DNA of 64,000 nt from Desulfomonilia bacterium (GTDB taxonomy: Bacteria; Desulfobacterota; Desulfomonilia; UBA1062): contig CAXXDQ010000007.1 in NCBI GenBank assembly GCA_963664325.2, forward strand, positions 640,001-704,000, written 5' to 3'. Numbering within the stretch: position 1 is the stretch's first letter; every line of letters begins with the position of its first letter. The translations under genes were made by a program, and so were the position numbers. Shown one piece after another: positions 20,087 through 29,602 of the stretch. The notes below the pieces were generated by a model. The model was not told the origin of the DNA. It worked only from the letters and a program-made list of their open reading frames with translations, and made no database searches.

Positions 20087-20659
20087 ATGGATGTAACTAA
20101 ATATCCTGATAGTATAGAAAAAATAAAATCTTTATATGATAAAATTAAAAGTTGTAATTTATCAGAAATTGATACTCAAGTCTTACTGATTGAACCTGTC
20201 TTGGTTCTTTGTGGTTGGGATATCTTTGATCCAAACTCTTTAAAACGTGCGAATAGGAGTGCCAAAAATCATCAATTTGATATTGAAATATATAATGATG
20301 AAAAAATGTTCATAGCTATTGAATGCAAATCCCTTTCAAGTAAAGAATTTAATATTGGAAAAATCAAATCAAGGAATGGGATTGGTAAACTAATAGAAAA
20401 ACCAAGGAAGTGGAAAAATAAAGATAAAGATGGAACTGGCCAACTAAGAGCTTACTGTTCCAATTATAGTCAATATGATGATTCTACTTTGGCCGTATTA
20501 ACAAATGGTTTCGATTGGGTTATATTCGATCATGATAAATTTACTCGAGAAGAAAACCTACTCAAGCCAATTGATAGTGATTGTATTGCTGCACATAATA
20601 ATTTGAATGATTCATGTTTCGAAACTCAAATAATTGCAAAGTTAAAGAAACCAAATTGA
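20087..20659 (+). CDS. Stand-alone PD-(D/E)xK nuclease resembling the type I HsdR N-terminal domain
   Basis: EIDTQ..LIEPVL..CGWD, FDIEI, IAIECKS, GQLRAY, AVLTNGFDW; AT-rich. Confidence 0.72.
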   Translation: MDVTKYPDSIEKIKSLYDKIKSCNLSEIDTQVLLIEPVLVLCGWDIFDPNSLKRANRSAKNHQFDIEIYNDEKMFIAIECKSLSSKEFNIGKIKSRNGIGKLIEKPRKWKNKDKDGTGQLRAYCSNYSQYDDSTLAVLTNGFDWVIFDHDKFTREENLLKPIDSDCIAAHNNLNDSCFETQIIAKLKKPN

Positions 20660-20663
20660 GTTT

Positions 20664-20696
20664 GTAGATTAGGCTGAGTCGAAGATAAAGCCCAAC
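20664..20696 (+). repeat. Degenerate GTAG-type REP-like palindrome at the cassette's right boundary
   Basis: GTAG followed by imperfect inverted repeat TTAGGCT...AGCCCAA; one copy in the window. Confidence 0.35.
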
Positions 20697-20729
20697 ATGG
20701 GATTTATATATTGATAGGAGATCTAACTT

Positions 20730-21326
20730 ATGCTCGAAGAATCAAAGAAACTGGTGCTTGAGATTGCTAAGCTGGTGTGGGAGAGAAGACTCTCCGATAC
20801 GGCGGGCGGAAACATAAGTATACGCGAAGGTGATTTGGTATGCTGCACGCCCAGGCTTATGGGCTACAGGCTCCGCTGGCAGATAAAGGATGCAGACCTG
20901 TCCGTTGTCGACCTCGACGGAAACGTGCTCGAAGGGCCAAAGCAGATAACCCGCGAAGGCAGGCTCCATCTGGCGCTTTATAAAGAGTTTCCCGAGGCGC
21001 ATGCCGTCATACATGCGCACCCGTACTGGACCAACGTGTTTGTCGCAAAGGCAAAGCCCATCGTCCCAAGACTCGAAACCACTGAAAAGTTCGGCACCAT
21101 CGGATGCGCTAAGGAGGCACATGGCTATTCGGAAGAGCTGGTCGAAAGCGTGTTAGGCCATTTCAGGGAAAAGAAGGCTCAATGGGAGAAAAGCCCTCTT
21201 ATGGCCATCATGCCGCGCCATGGCATTATTGCGGTAGGCAGGGATATGAATGCTTGCTTCGACATCGTCGACAGGATAGAAACCGAATGCCGCTGCCAGA
21301 TTCTGGGAAAGCTGCTTGATCTATGA
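20730..21326 (+). CDS. Class II aldolase/adducin family protein (FucA-like)
   Basis: GGNISIR, EGRLHLALY, HAHP and HG zinc ligands. Confidence 0.9.
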   Translation: MLEESKKLVLEIAKLVWERRLSDTAGGNISIREGDLVCCTPRLMGYRLRWQIKDADLSVVDLDGNVLEGPKQITREGRLHLALYKEFPEAHAVIHAHPYWTNVFVAKAKPIVPRLETTEKFGTIGCAKEAHGYSEELVESVLGHFREKKAQWEKSPLMAIMPRHGIIAVGRDMNACFDIVDRIETECRCQILGKLLDL

Positions 21327-22246
21327 TACTTGCCGTAACGCTGAATCCTGCAATCGATTTCACGGTCTTTGGGAGTAACTTCAAGACCGGAACCACAAAC
21401 CGCGGACAGGATGTCTTCCCCGATGCAGGAGGCAAGGGAAACAATGCAGCCAGGATTGCAAAGCTTCTCGGAACAGGTGTCATGGTTACGGGTTTTCTGG
21501 GCGGCTTTACGGGCGACTTTATCACCTCGGAATTGGAGCGTGAAGGAATCCGGACGGCATTTTATCGTATAAACGAACTGACCCGCATCACGCTTGCCTA
21601 TGTTGACAGCATTACCAGCAGCGAAACAAAGGTGGTGCCGTTCGGGCCAAAGATTTCAGCACAACAGGCCGATGCCTTCTGCAGGCACTTTGAAGAGCTT
21701 CTGATTGAAAATGATTTTTCAATAGTTGCATTATGCGGATCGCTCGCAAACGGCCTGGATGACGACTACTATTCAAGGCTGATTGTTATTGCAGGAAACC
21801 ATGACGTCCCTGTTGTGCTTGATACGAGCGGTCAGGCATTGAAAAAGGGAATTGATTCCTCGCCGTTCATGATAAAACCAAACATGGAAGAAGCATCCGA
21901 ACTCGCGGGATTAAGCTCAATAAGTGAAATCACAGCCTTCATGCAAGAGCTTGCATCTAAGGTAGGAACAGTGGCACTTACGTTGGGTAAAGAAGGTGCA
22001 GCCTTTATCACAACTGAGCATGTTACGAAAGTGAGCGTATCAGGGATTAAGTCCATCAATCCGGTGGGCGCGGGAGATGCATTTATCGGAGGCTTCCTGG
22101 CAGCATATGATAAATTCGGCGCGGATCGTGAAAAGCTTTATTCCTGGGCCGCATCTGCTTCGGCATGCACGGCACAGTCAGAGGGCCTTCTCTGGCCTCC
22201 GGAGATGTTTACCGAAACACTTGAAAAGGTCTGTATCAAAATTTGA
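21323..22246 (+). CDS. PfkB family kinase (1-phosphofructokinase/tagatose-kinase-like)
   Basis: VTLNPAID, AGGKGNN, DTSG, IKPNMEE, VGAGDAF. Confidence 0.92.
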   Translation: MILAVTLNPAIDFTVFGSNFKTGTTNRGQDVFPDAGGKGNNAARIAKLLGTGVMVTGFLGGFTGDFITSELEREGIRTAFYRINELTRITLAYVDSITSSETKVVPFGPKISAQQADAFCRHFEELLIENDFSIVALCGSLANGLDDDYYSRLIVIAGNHDVPVVLDTSGQALKKGIDSSPFMIKPNMEEASELAGLSSISEITAFMQELASKVGTVALTLGKEGAAFITTEHVTKVSVSGIKSINPVGAGDAFIGGFLAAYDKFGADREKLYSWAASASACTAQSEGLLWPPEMFTETLEKVCIKI

Positions 22247-22337
22247 ATGCATCATCTGCATTAGCATGCAGATCAAGCACCCTCACCGGGATAATAACCG
22301 ATTACATACCCATTACTGATCTGAAAGCTTAATGGAA

Positions 22338-23456
22338 TTACTTGAATCCGTCGCAGGTAACCAATGCCTTTTCAGCGACTTCGTCCATATTGTAATATCG
22401 GTACTCAGCAAGCCGGCCCAGGAAAACTACGTTGGACAGCGAATCGATCTCTTCCTTATACCTGTTTAAAATGGCAAGACTCTGCGGGTTATGAACTGCA
22501 TAACTCGGGACATTCCTGCCGGGCTCGTAGTCTTCCGGAAATTCCCTGAGAATGGTGGTCTTTTTATGCTCCTGGCCGGAAAAATGCTTGAATTCGGTTA
22601 TGCGCGTATAGGCATGATCATTCGGGTAGTTCACCACGGCAACCGACTGGAAACGTTTAATATCCAGGGTTTCGAAATCAAAGCGCAGGGAGCGGTAGGG
22701 GAGTTTGCCGTGCTTGTAATCAAAGTAATAATCAATGGGCCCGGTGTAAATAAGCCGATCGTATTTAAAACTCTTTATTATCTCCTTGTAATCGGTATTA
22801 AGGAGAACATGGATATTCCTGCGGTCCAGCATTCTCTCGAACATGCGGGTATATCCATGTTTGGGAATGCCCTGGAAAGGGTCCTGAAAATACCTGTCAT
22901 CCCTGCTGATCAGCACAGGGACCCGTGCCGTTACCGAAGGGTCGATCTCATCCGGCTTTATGCCCCACTGCTTGATAGTGTAATGCAGGAAGACTTTCTC
23001 ATAGACAAAGTCGGCAAGGAACTTTATGTCCCTGTCGTCCTGCTCTTTCATTTTCAGGATCGGTACGCGCGCCCCGTACCCGTAAGTAGCGATTATCTTA
23101 TCCACAAGACGGGAGGCCAGGGCCGACGGTAGCAGCGCCTCAATCGTGTTCAGATTGAAGGGGAGCGGAGCATCTATTCCATCGATGTGGGCCTGTACAT
23201 GGTGATCGTACTGGCGCCATGCCGTATACTTAGATAGATAGTCCCAGACCCGCGCGCTCTTTGTATGGAGAATATGCGGGCCATAGAGATGTATCAGGAT
23301 GTCGTGGTCGTCATAGCAGTCATAGGAATTTCCTCCTATATGGGGCCTTTGCTCGATCAGTAAAATATTTTCCCCTCGTTCCGATAGACGATTGGCGGCC
23401 ACGATTCCGGCAAAACCAGCACCGACAATAATAGTAGTAAATCTTTTCACATTCAT
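22338..23456 (-). CDS. glf: UDP-galactopyranose mutase
   Basis: IVGAGFAG, HIGGNSYD, HLYGPHILHT, YTIKQWG, LPYRSL, GRLAEYRYYNMD; start may be 23450-23468. Confidence 0.95.
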   Translation of the reverse strand: MNVKRFTTIIVGAGFAGIVAANRLSERGENILLIEQRPHIGGNSYDCYDDHDILIHLYGPHILHTKSARVWDYLSKYTAWRQYDHHVQAHIDGIDAPLPFNLNTIEALLPSALASRLVDKIIATYGYGARVPILKMKEQDDRDIKFLADFVYEKVFLHYTIKQWGIKPDEIDPSVTARVPVLISRDDRYFQDPFQGIPKHGYTRMFERMLDRRNIHVLLNTDYKEIIKSFKYDRLIYTGPIDYYFDYKHGKLPYRSLRFDFETLDIKRFQSVAVVNYPNDHAYTRITEFKHFSGQEHKKTTILREFPEDYEPGRNVPSYAVHNPQSLAILNRYKEEIDSLSNVVFLGRLAEYRYYNMDEVAEKALVTCDGFK

Positions 23457-23495
23457 CTCCTCTATCATCTTTAAGTATCAGATAGGTGAAGATTT

Positions 23496-23511
23496 AGCAA
23501 TACTTACGCCA
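23496..23511 (-). promoter_or_regulatory. Candidate sigma54 -24/-12 promoter for glf
   Basis: Minus strand TGGCGTAAGTATTGCT keeps the GG-N10-GC spacing; partial match to TGGCAC-N5-TTGC. Confidence 0.5.
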
Positions 23512-23719
23512 GTATGGAGAAAGACCCTCTCTTTAACCTCAGAACGCAATGTTAAAGATAGTGTATGAAAAAATGAATAATTTTTTTGTAAAAACCGTTT
23601 CCCTTAGAATCATTTCCCTGTGGTCATCAGGGCGGGGCTATGGTATGTAAAATCCTCGCATATCAGATGGTTGGAGATATTGGACGATATGCAAACCTAA
23701 AATGCATCGAGAGGTTGAT

Positions 23720-25075
23720 ATGGAGAAAAAGTACAGAATACTGTTTGCAACTCCTGGTTTCTACGGACATGTTGCGGTGGCCCTGCCTATCGCAAAGCAC
23801 CTTCTGGCGGATGGACACACGATCGGCTGGGCCAGCGGCAGCAATATCAAGGGGCTTCTGGCGAGAAACGGGGTCACCGAGTTCTTTCCCCGCGATGTCT
23901 ACAACGCCGGGATGGAGAAACTCATCGAGGCAAAAGGAATCCATGATTATATGCAAAAGGTTCCGAGGGTCTTCAATCCGCAAACTATCGAAACCTGTCT
24001 GAAGGAGCTCCTCGATGCTTTCGAAACCTTCAAGCCTGACGCAGTGTATATTGATTCAATGGACCTCCTGGCCATGATGGTCTCTGATAATCTCAAGGTG
24101 CCCTATGCACAGGGAAGCGGAACAGCCATCTTCTACTTCGAAAAGGATGTGCCGCCCATAGGAACCGGCTGGGACATCAACCATGTGTTTCGCAACCGGG
24201 CGAGGCTTGTCCCGTATCTCCTCAGGACCGTGCCTTATATGCTCTGGTCTTATTTAAATAACAAGAAGGCACTCAAGTCTTTCAATCCGTCCTGGAGCAT
24301 TGAAAACGTCATCCGGGGCGTCTCCCCCTATCTGTTCATGCTGTTTTCGACAGACAAAGTCGAGTATCCGCGCAAGATGTTCATACCCCAGGTCTTTTAC
24401 GTCGGACCTTCGATGCTTGTGCCCAATGAGAGTGATATGCCTGATTTCCCCTGGGAGCGCCTGGACCCTTCTAGGCCCCTCGTCTATTGTGCGACCGGGA
24501 CCCTGTTCTTCAACTGGTATAAGGAGTTTTACAAGAATGTTCTCAAGGCCCTTTCAGATGAGAATTTCCCGATTCCCGTACAGGTTGTAATGGCAATAGG
24601 TGCTGGACAGCCGATCGAGGAACTGGGGAAGATTCCATCAAATGCAATAGTGGTGCAGTACTCCCCGCAGATAAAACTTCTGGAGCGGACAAGTGTGCTC
24701 ATCACTCATGCTGGTATAAGTACCGTTAACGAGGCGCTCATGCAGGGCATTCCAATGCTTTCCGTGCCGCTCGGTCGTGACAGAATGGAGATGGCCCAGA
24801 AATCTGCATATAACGGTTTCGGTATCAGACTGGACCTTCACAAGGCAACGCCGCGAAGAATAAAGAAAGCAATGATCGAACTGTTGAAAAACCCAAAATA
24901 TCAAAGGGCGGCGGAGGGCGTTATGCATTCGTATCAGAGCTGCGACGCCCCGCGAACTGGTGCAGATCTCATTCTTCATATGGCAAAGACGGGAAAACCG
25001 ATCAGGCGCAAATCAGGAACTCCAATCACGCTGAGGTCCATAAAAGACCTGCCTGCCTACCTCGAAGATGAATAA
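23720..25075 (+). CDS. GT1 (UGT/MGT-type) glycosyltransferase
   Basis: FATPGFYGHV; UGT signature YSPQIKLLERTSVLITHAGISTVNEALMQGIPMLSVP; RBS GAGG before ATG 23720. Confidence 0.92.
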   Translation: MEKKYRILFATPGFYGHVAVALPIAKHLLADGHTIGWASGSNIKGLLARNGVTEFFPRDVYNAGMEKLIEAKGIHDYMQKVPRVFNPQTIETCLKELLDAFETFKPDAVYIDSMDLLAMMVSDNLKVPYAQGSGTAIFYFEKDVPPIGTGWDINHVFRNRARLVPYLLRTVPYMLWSYLNNKKALKSFNPSWSIENVIRGVSPYLFMLFSTDKVEYPRKMFIPQVFYVGPSMLVPNESDMPDFPWERLDPSRPLVYCATGTLFFNWYKEFYKNVLKALSDENFPIPVQVVMAIGAGQPIEELGKIPSNAIVVQYSPQIKLLERTSVLITHAGISTVNEALMQGIPMLSVPLGRDRMEMAQKSAYNGFGIRLDLHKATPRRIKKAMIELLKNPKYQRAAEGVMHSYQSCDAPRTGADLILHMAKTGKPIRRKSGTPITLRSIKDLPAYLEDE

Positions 25076-25078
25076 CAG

Positions 25079-25113
25079 AAAGGCGGCCCCGCTAGCGTGG
25101 GGCAGCCTTTTTT
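25079..25113 (+). terminator. Rho-independent terminator
   Basis: AGGCGGCCCC-loop-GGGGCAGCCT followed by a T-run. Confidence 0.75.
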
Positions 25114-25122
25114 ATGCTGAAC

Positions 25123-26481
25123 TTATCCTGATGGATTAGAATCCATTTCCTCGGACTTCATGACATCTTCCGCCCAATCGATCTTCTCCTGAAGTATATC
25201 AATGAAACTTTCGAATCCGGGACGGTTATCTGTGTCGGTCATGAGTGTGATTTCAACACCATGTTCGTGGGAGATCATAAGCGGGAAAAGAGGATATCCG
25301 ATTTGAATGATACCGAACGGCCATGCCCTCACTGCCTGATAGGTAGGTGCTGAGAAGTCAGCCAGGGTGTAACGCCCCACACTGGTAAAAGGGAAGAAGA
25401 ATGGAAATACTTTCTTCTTGAAGACAATTTTTCGTATGATATGAATTCCCAGCCTGAAAAGCCAGACCGGGATACGGTTTATATATGCCGGGTGTTTTCT
25501 GTAGGCCTGTCCTTTTACAATGCTTTCCCTGACGTCCTTCTGAATTGCCTGTATCCTTTCCGGAAGGGGAAGGTTCTCATATTGACTTGGTTCAATCATT
25601 ATCAGGCCTGTCAGATTTGCGGTCTTTCTTAGTTCGGGCATGAGAAGAGCGCGCAGGTCGACCGCCATGCTTGAAATAATTTTTTTACTTCGGAGGCCGG
25701 GGTTCAATTCATAAAAAGCTTCCAGTATGGCATAAAGAACCTTCCCGTTGAGGGATCTCTGGCTTATCCGGTCCCATGGAATCAGAAGGCGATGCCATTG
25801 TATACAGTCAAAATGAGAGGGTTGGCCTATAAGATGATTTCCAACATTGAGTCCAGGGAAAAGAATCGAGGTATCTTCCTTCCGGATGCGCTCAGCGGAA
25901 GGTTGAACGGATACCTCGGAGGAACGTTTTTCGAAATAGTCTTTAGGTAATTTCAAGTCATACAGATCCTCGCGCGATTCAGGACCATCAGTAGGTCCCA
26001 CCGGCATCTCTCCTCTCAGGATGCGGAAAAGCTCAAGTGCTATTAGAAACACGGACAGCCCGTCCATGGCGACATGGTGCATCTTTATGTACAGCCGGTT
26101 TGTTTTTCCGTCATTGAGAGAATACACTGCCATTGGGATTTCTCTGCGAAGATTCATCTTGCGTCGCAGGATTTTTTTCTCAATTTCCTGCGGCCAGTTC
26201 CCGAGAGGTTCTTTAATTTGATCCGGACCGATCCTGATAAAAGGTATTGAAGTATCGGTCTCTTCCCATCGCAGGGAGGAGAGATATCCCTTGAGCTTTG
26301 ACCGGCAGACAGGATACAGACTTGCGAGAATACTCAATGCATTGTTCATCTGGCCATCAGATATGTCTCCAATTCCATCAATGCCCAGGGCAACAGACAT
26401 AGTCATGCCTTCCTGTTCAAAAGCAAGCCACAGGCGTTCACCTGGCCCTATATTACGGATGTACCTTCCCGAACCCTTCAT
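25123..26481 (-). CDS. Stand-alone condensation-domain-type acyltransferase (Atf/PapA/WS-DGAT-like)
   Basis: HHVAMDG (HHxxxDG), AVDLR..L, ANL motif; about 450 aa with no A or T domain. Confidence 0.8.
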   Translation of the reverse strand: MKGSGRYIRNIGPGERLWLAFEQEGMTMSVALGIDGIGDISDGQMNNALSILASLYPVCRSKLKGYLSSLRWEETDTSIPFIRIGPDQIKEPLGNWPQEIEKKILRRKMNLRREIPMAVYSLNDGKTNRLYIKMHHVAMDGLSVFLIALELFRILRGEMPVGPTDGPESREDLYDLKLPKDYFEKRSSEVSVQPSAERIRKEDTSILFPGLNVGNHLIGQPSHFDCIQWHRLLIPWDRISQRSLNGKVLYAILEAFYELNPGLRSKKIISSMAVDLRALLMPELRKTANLTGLIMIEPSQYENLPLPERIQAIQKDVRESIVKGQAYRKHPAYINRIPVWLFRLGIHIIRKIVFKKKVFPFFFPFTSVGRYTLADFSAPTYQAVRAWPFGIIQIGYPLFPLMISHEHGVEITLMTDTDNRPGFESFIDILQEKIDWAEDVMKSEEMDSNPSG

Positions 26482-26547
26482 AGTGTTAAGTTCTCCATAA
26501 AGTGGCCGTTACCGTATCACTCAGCCTTCGTGTATATCTTTTCTCAG

Positions 26548-27936
26548 TCATTTCTCCCCCACATTTATTTTATCCAATATCCCGCCGAGACTTTCTTCGA
26601 ACCGGATCATGAGAGACTGTACCTCATCACGTGTGAATTCCGCTTCCTGGTAGGTGTATGAAACAAAGACCTTGTTCTCAAGGGTATTTATGGAAACAAA
26701 AAGCCCGTGTGACGGTCCAGAGCCCAGGAATTCACATATCTGGGCCTTGGTTCCATATGAATTCAGGCTGTCCACACTTCCGAGGTTGGCAAGGGCACCT
26801 GTCTTTGAAAGTATTCCGACCTGCTTCGCCATACGTATTACCCTGGCATAATTCTTTTTACCGATCAGGGTTGACATCTTTGCTGACAGGCCTGAAACCA
26901 TATTCTGCTTATTTTCTATTCTTCCGAGTTTATGTGTCATCTGAGATTGAACTTCATTTAACATTGCCAGAGGGTCTTCCCATATTGCACGCGGCAGTTT
27001 GATCATGAATCCCGTAATAAAATTACCTATGATGGGTTTTTTACCAGGAAAGAACGGCCTTAAATTTACAGAGACGATTATTCCGGCTATGTCTCCAGGA
27101 GCGTTCCTGTTACGAGTTAATGATATGGTTAATGCAGTGAGGATAACGGTTGTAATGCTGACACCAAGTTCTTTGGCCCTGGCTCTGATGAGAGAAAGGT
27201 CCTGTCTGAGCACATCAGCATGAATATCCACCGGTCCGAAGAAATTGACCGGTTTATCGGTAGCAGGGATAAACCGTCCCTTTGGAGCCAGTTTGCTGTC
27301 CTGCATCAGAATCTGAAACGACCTGTAAAATTGTGAAGGGACCTTGTACCAGGGATAATTCATAAGTGCAGGCACAAGACTCGGATTATCGACGGGTATT
27401 GGTTCGGGCTTTTTCCCGTTCAGATACGCCATAAGTGATCCTGTCATATGGACGCAGGCTGATCCGTCACCTACAACATGGTGAACAGAAAGCATTAACA
27501 CCGGAGTCGGATCATCAGGAAAATAACAGACTTTTAAAGGTATTGTCTGAAGCAGAGAGAATGGCTCATTATAGAAATTGCGGCGTGCAGAAAGGAACTC
27601 TTGTGAGTTATATCTCACCTGGGGGATAACGCGGAAGGCATTATTGAAGAAAAGATCAATCCTTTCGTCATGATCGTCAAGTATCCTTAACTGATATGAA
27701 AACAAGGTAGGTTCAAGCAGCGACCTGAGCCTTGGATAAAGCGTTATCAGATTACGCATGGCCTCACGGATATCCTCAACAGGATGCTTTTCCTTGAAGC
27801 GTAATATAAGAAGATTTCCCTGTGCGAGATTAACATCCTCCATGGTCATGTAGATAAAATCCGCATAATTAAGGCTGATTCTTCTCGGCTCTTCTTTTTT
27901 CCCCTGAGATGATTGAAAAGGATTGTATAATTTCAT
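26548..27936 (-). CDS. Stand-alone condensation-domain-type acyltransferase
   Basis: YPRLRS, HHVVGDG, VNLRPF...GNF, ANLG. Confidence 0.82.
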   Translation of the reverse strand: MKLYNPFQSSQGKKEEPRRISLNYADFIYMTMEDVNLAQGNLLILRFKEKHPVEDIREAMRNLITLYPRLRSLLEPTLFSYQLRILDDHDERIDLFFNNAFRVIPQVRYNSQEFLSARRNFYNEPFSLLQTIPLKVCYFPDDPTPVLMLSVHHVVGDGSACVHMTGSLMAYLNGKKPEPIPVDNPSLVPALMNYPWYKVPSQFYRSFQILMQDSKLAPKGRFIPATDKPVNFFGPVDIHADVLRQDLSLIRARAKELGVSITTVILTALTISLTRNRNAPGDIAGIIVSVNLRPFFPGKKPIIGNFITGFMIKLPRAIWEDPLAMLNEVQSQMTHKLGRIENKQNMVSGLSAKMSTLIGKKNYARVIRMAKQVGILSKTGALANLGSVDSLNSYGTKAQICEFLGSGPSHGLFVSINTLENKVFVSYTYQEAEFTRDEVQSLMIRFEESLGGILDKINVGEK

Positions 27937-29294
27937 ATTATCTGCCTTTCATTAGGGTGCAAATTCAACAGTTCATCTATTGCCAGTTCGAGATCACGTA
28001 CCAACGTCAGTATCTCCTGCCTGGAGAATTCCGCTTCTTGAAATGAGATCTTGATATTCATAATGTTTTCTATGCTGTTAATGACTATCAGTACTCCTTG
28101 TGATGGTGCGGAGGATATCGCATCTACTACTTGAGCCTTTGTACCATAGGAATTCAGATGATCGATGTTCCCTATATTTGAAACACCACAAGTTCTTTTA
28201 GTGATACCTTTACCTATTAAACTGCGTATGATCCTGGCATAATTTTTTTTCCCCAAAATGATAGGGATCTCAAGAAACAAATTCGGAATAATCATCTCTT
28301 TCTGCTTTATAAGGCCTATGAAGGTATTCATTTGAACATTGATTTCATCAAGTATTGCCCTGGGATTATCCCAATTCCGGCGTGAGATTCTTACCTCCAC
28401 CCCGGCGAGGTAGTTGCCAAAAATGGGAGGCTTGCCTGGAAAATATGGCCTTAAATCTATGGGAAGACCGATACCAATTGCGTTACCGCTGTTTCTTCCA
28501 GGACCGCGGCTCATGGTAAGAGCAATTGCTGTTAACATAAATGTATTGAGACTGCAGCCTAACTCCCTGGATTTGGATTTGATCTCGTTAAGCCTGTGTT
28601 TCAGGGATTGATGGTGCAAATCAAGCGGTCCAACGAAGTTCTTAGGGCGTGACGATGCAGGTATGACGGTTTCGCCCTTATGTTCCCTGCTCATACTTAA
28701 GGCGGATCTGTATGAATTCAGCAACTGCCGGGGAATCTGAGAGAGATGGTTTCCCATTACTGCGGGCATGAGGCTCGGTTTGTCTAACGGAATCTTTTGG
28801 GGCTTTATGCCATTCAGGTAAGACATCATTGATCCTATCATGTGAATCCAGCCGGAACCGTCCGTTATTATGTGATGTAAAGACATCAGTAAAAACGGAT
28901 TCGGATCGTCGGGGAAATAGTAAATTTTCACCGGGATGCCCTGCTCGATTGAAAAGGGTTCATTGTAGAGGTACTTCCGTATGGAGATAAATTCAGATGA
29001 ATCGTATTGTATCCCTTCTATGACCCGGAAGGCATTATTGAAAAGGATTTGAAGTCTTGGTCCGTCATCGGCAAGAATCATCAATCTGTAAGATGTAAAA
29101 GTCGGTTTGACGAGCGATCTCATTTTTGGGTAAATGGTCAGCATGTATCGTATAGCATCGCGAATCTCATCAGGGGAATGCCATTCCTTGAAACGGATTG
29201 TTAGAAGATTGCCATGAGAAAGATACACCTCATTTGTAGCAAGGTGCAAAAAATCAATTAAATTCAGCCGGATTGTTTCAATTTTATTTTTCAT
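27933..29294 (-). CDS. Stand-alone condensation-domain-type acyltransferase, paralog of 26548-27936
   Basis: HHIITDG, IDLRPY...GNY, SNIG; shares GKKNYAR, YGTKAQ and QEAEF with its neighbour; start uncertain (29294-29339). Confidence 0.82.
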   Translation of the reverse strand: MKNKIETIRLNLIDFLHLATNEVYLSHGNLLTIRFKEWHSPDEIRDAIRYMLTIYPKMRSLVKPTFTSYRLMILADDGPRLQILFNNAFRVIEGIQYDSSEFISIRKYLYNEPFSIEQGIPVKIYYFPDDPNPFLLMSLHHIITDGSGWIHMIGSMMSYLNGIKPQKIPLDKPSLMPAVMGNHLSQIPRQLLNSYRSALSMSREHKGETVIPASSRPKNFVGPLDLHHQSLKHRLNEIKSKSRELGCSLNTFMLTAIALTMSRGPGRNSGNAIGIGLPIDLRPYFPGKPPIFGNYLAGVEVRISRRNWDNPRAILDEINVQMNTFIGLIKQKEMIIPNLFLEIPIILGKKNYARIIRSLIGKGITKRTCGVSNIGNIDHLNSYGTKAQVVDAISSAPSQGVLIVINSIENIMNIKISFQEAEFSRQEILTLVRDLELAIDELLNLHPNERQII

Positions 29295-29602
29295 GTCTGC
29301 AGGGCAAAAACCATATCCGCTCAACATATGGCATTGCAATCATTGTATTCCGCCTCTGTCATTGCACAATCGGTCTTTTCCATATTCTTCATCCCCATAT
29401 TCATTATAATAAAATATATCAGTAATTATATAACGAAATTCATTTGAAGGGACAAGCTTATATACAGAACAATTTGTTTTCATGAATACCCTGATGCAGG
29501 ATACTGTAAAGGTCCTGCAAACGAGAAATCAAGTATTTTGCACTTGGTAGTCTGATTTTACAAGGCCTTGTTGTCGCTCTGATAATATAGTATGGAGTCA
29601 AT

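Noticed and set aside
20087-20659. Type I restriction-modification system
   Set aside because: Only a 190-aa nuclease-like domain; no hsdM, hsdS or helicase.
25123-29339. NRPS gene cluster
   Set aside because: Only condensation-like domains are present; no adenylation, thiolation or thioesterase motifs.
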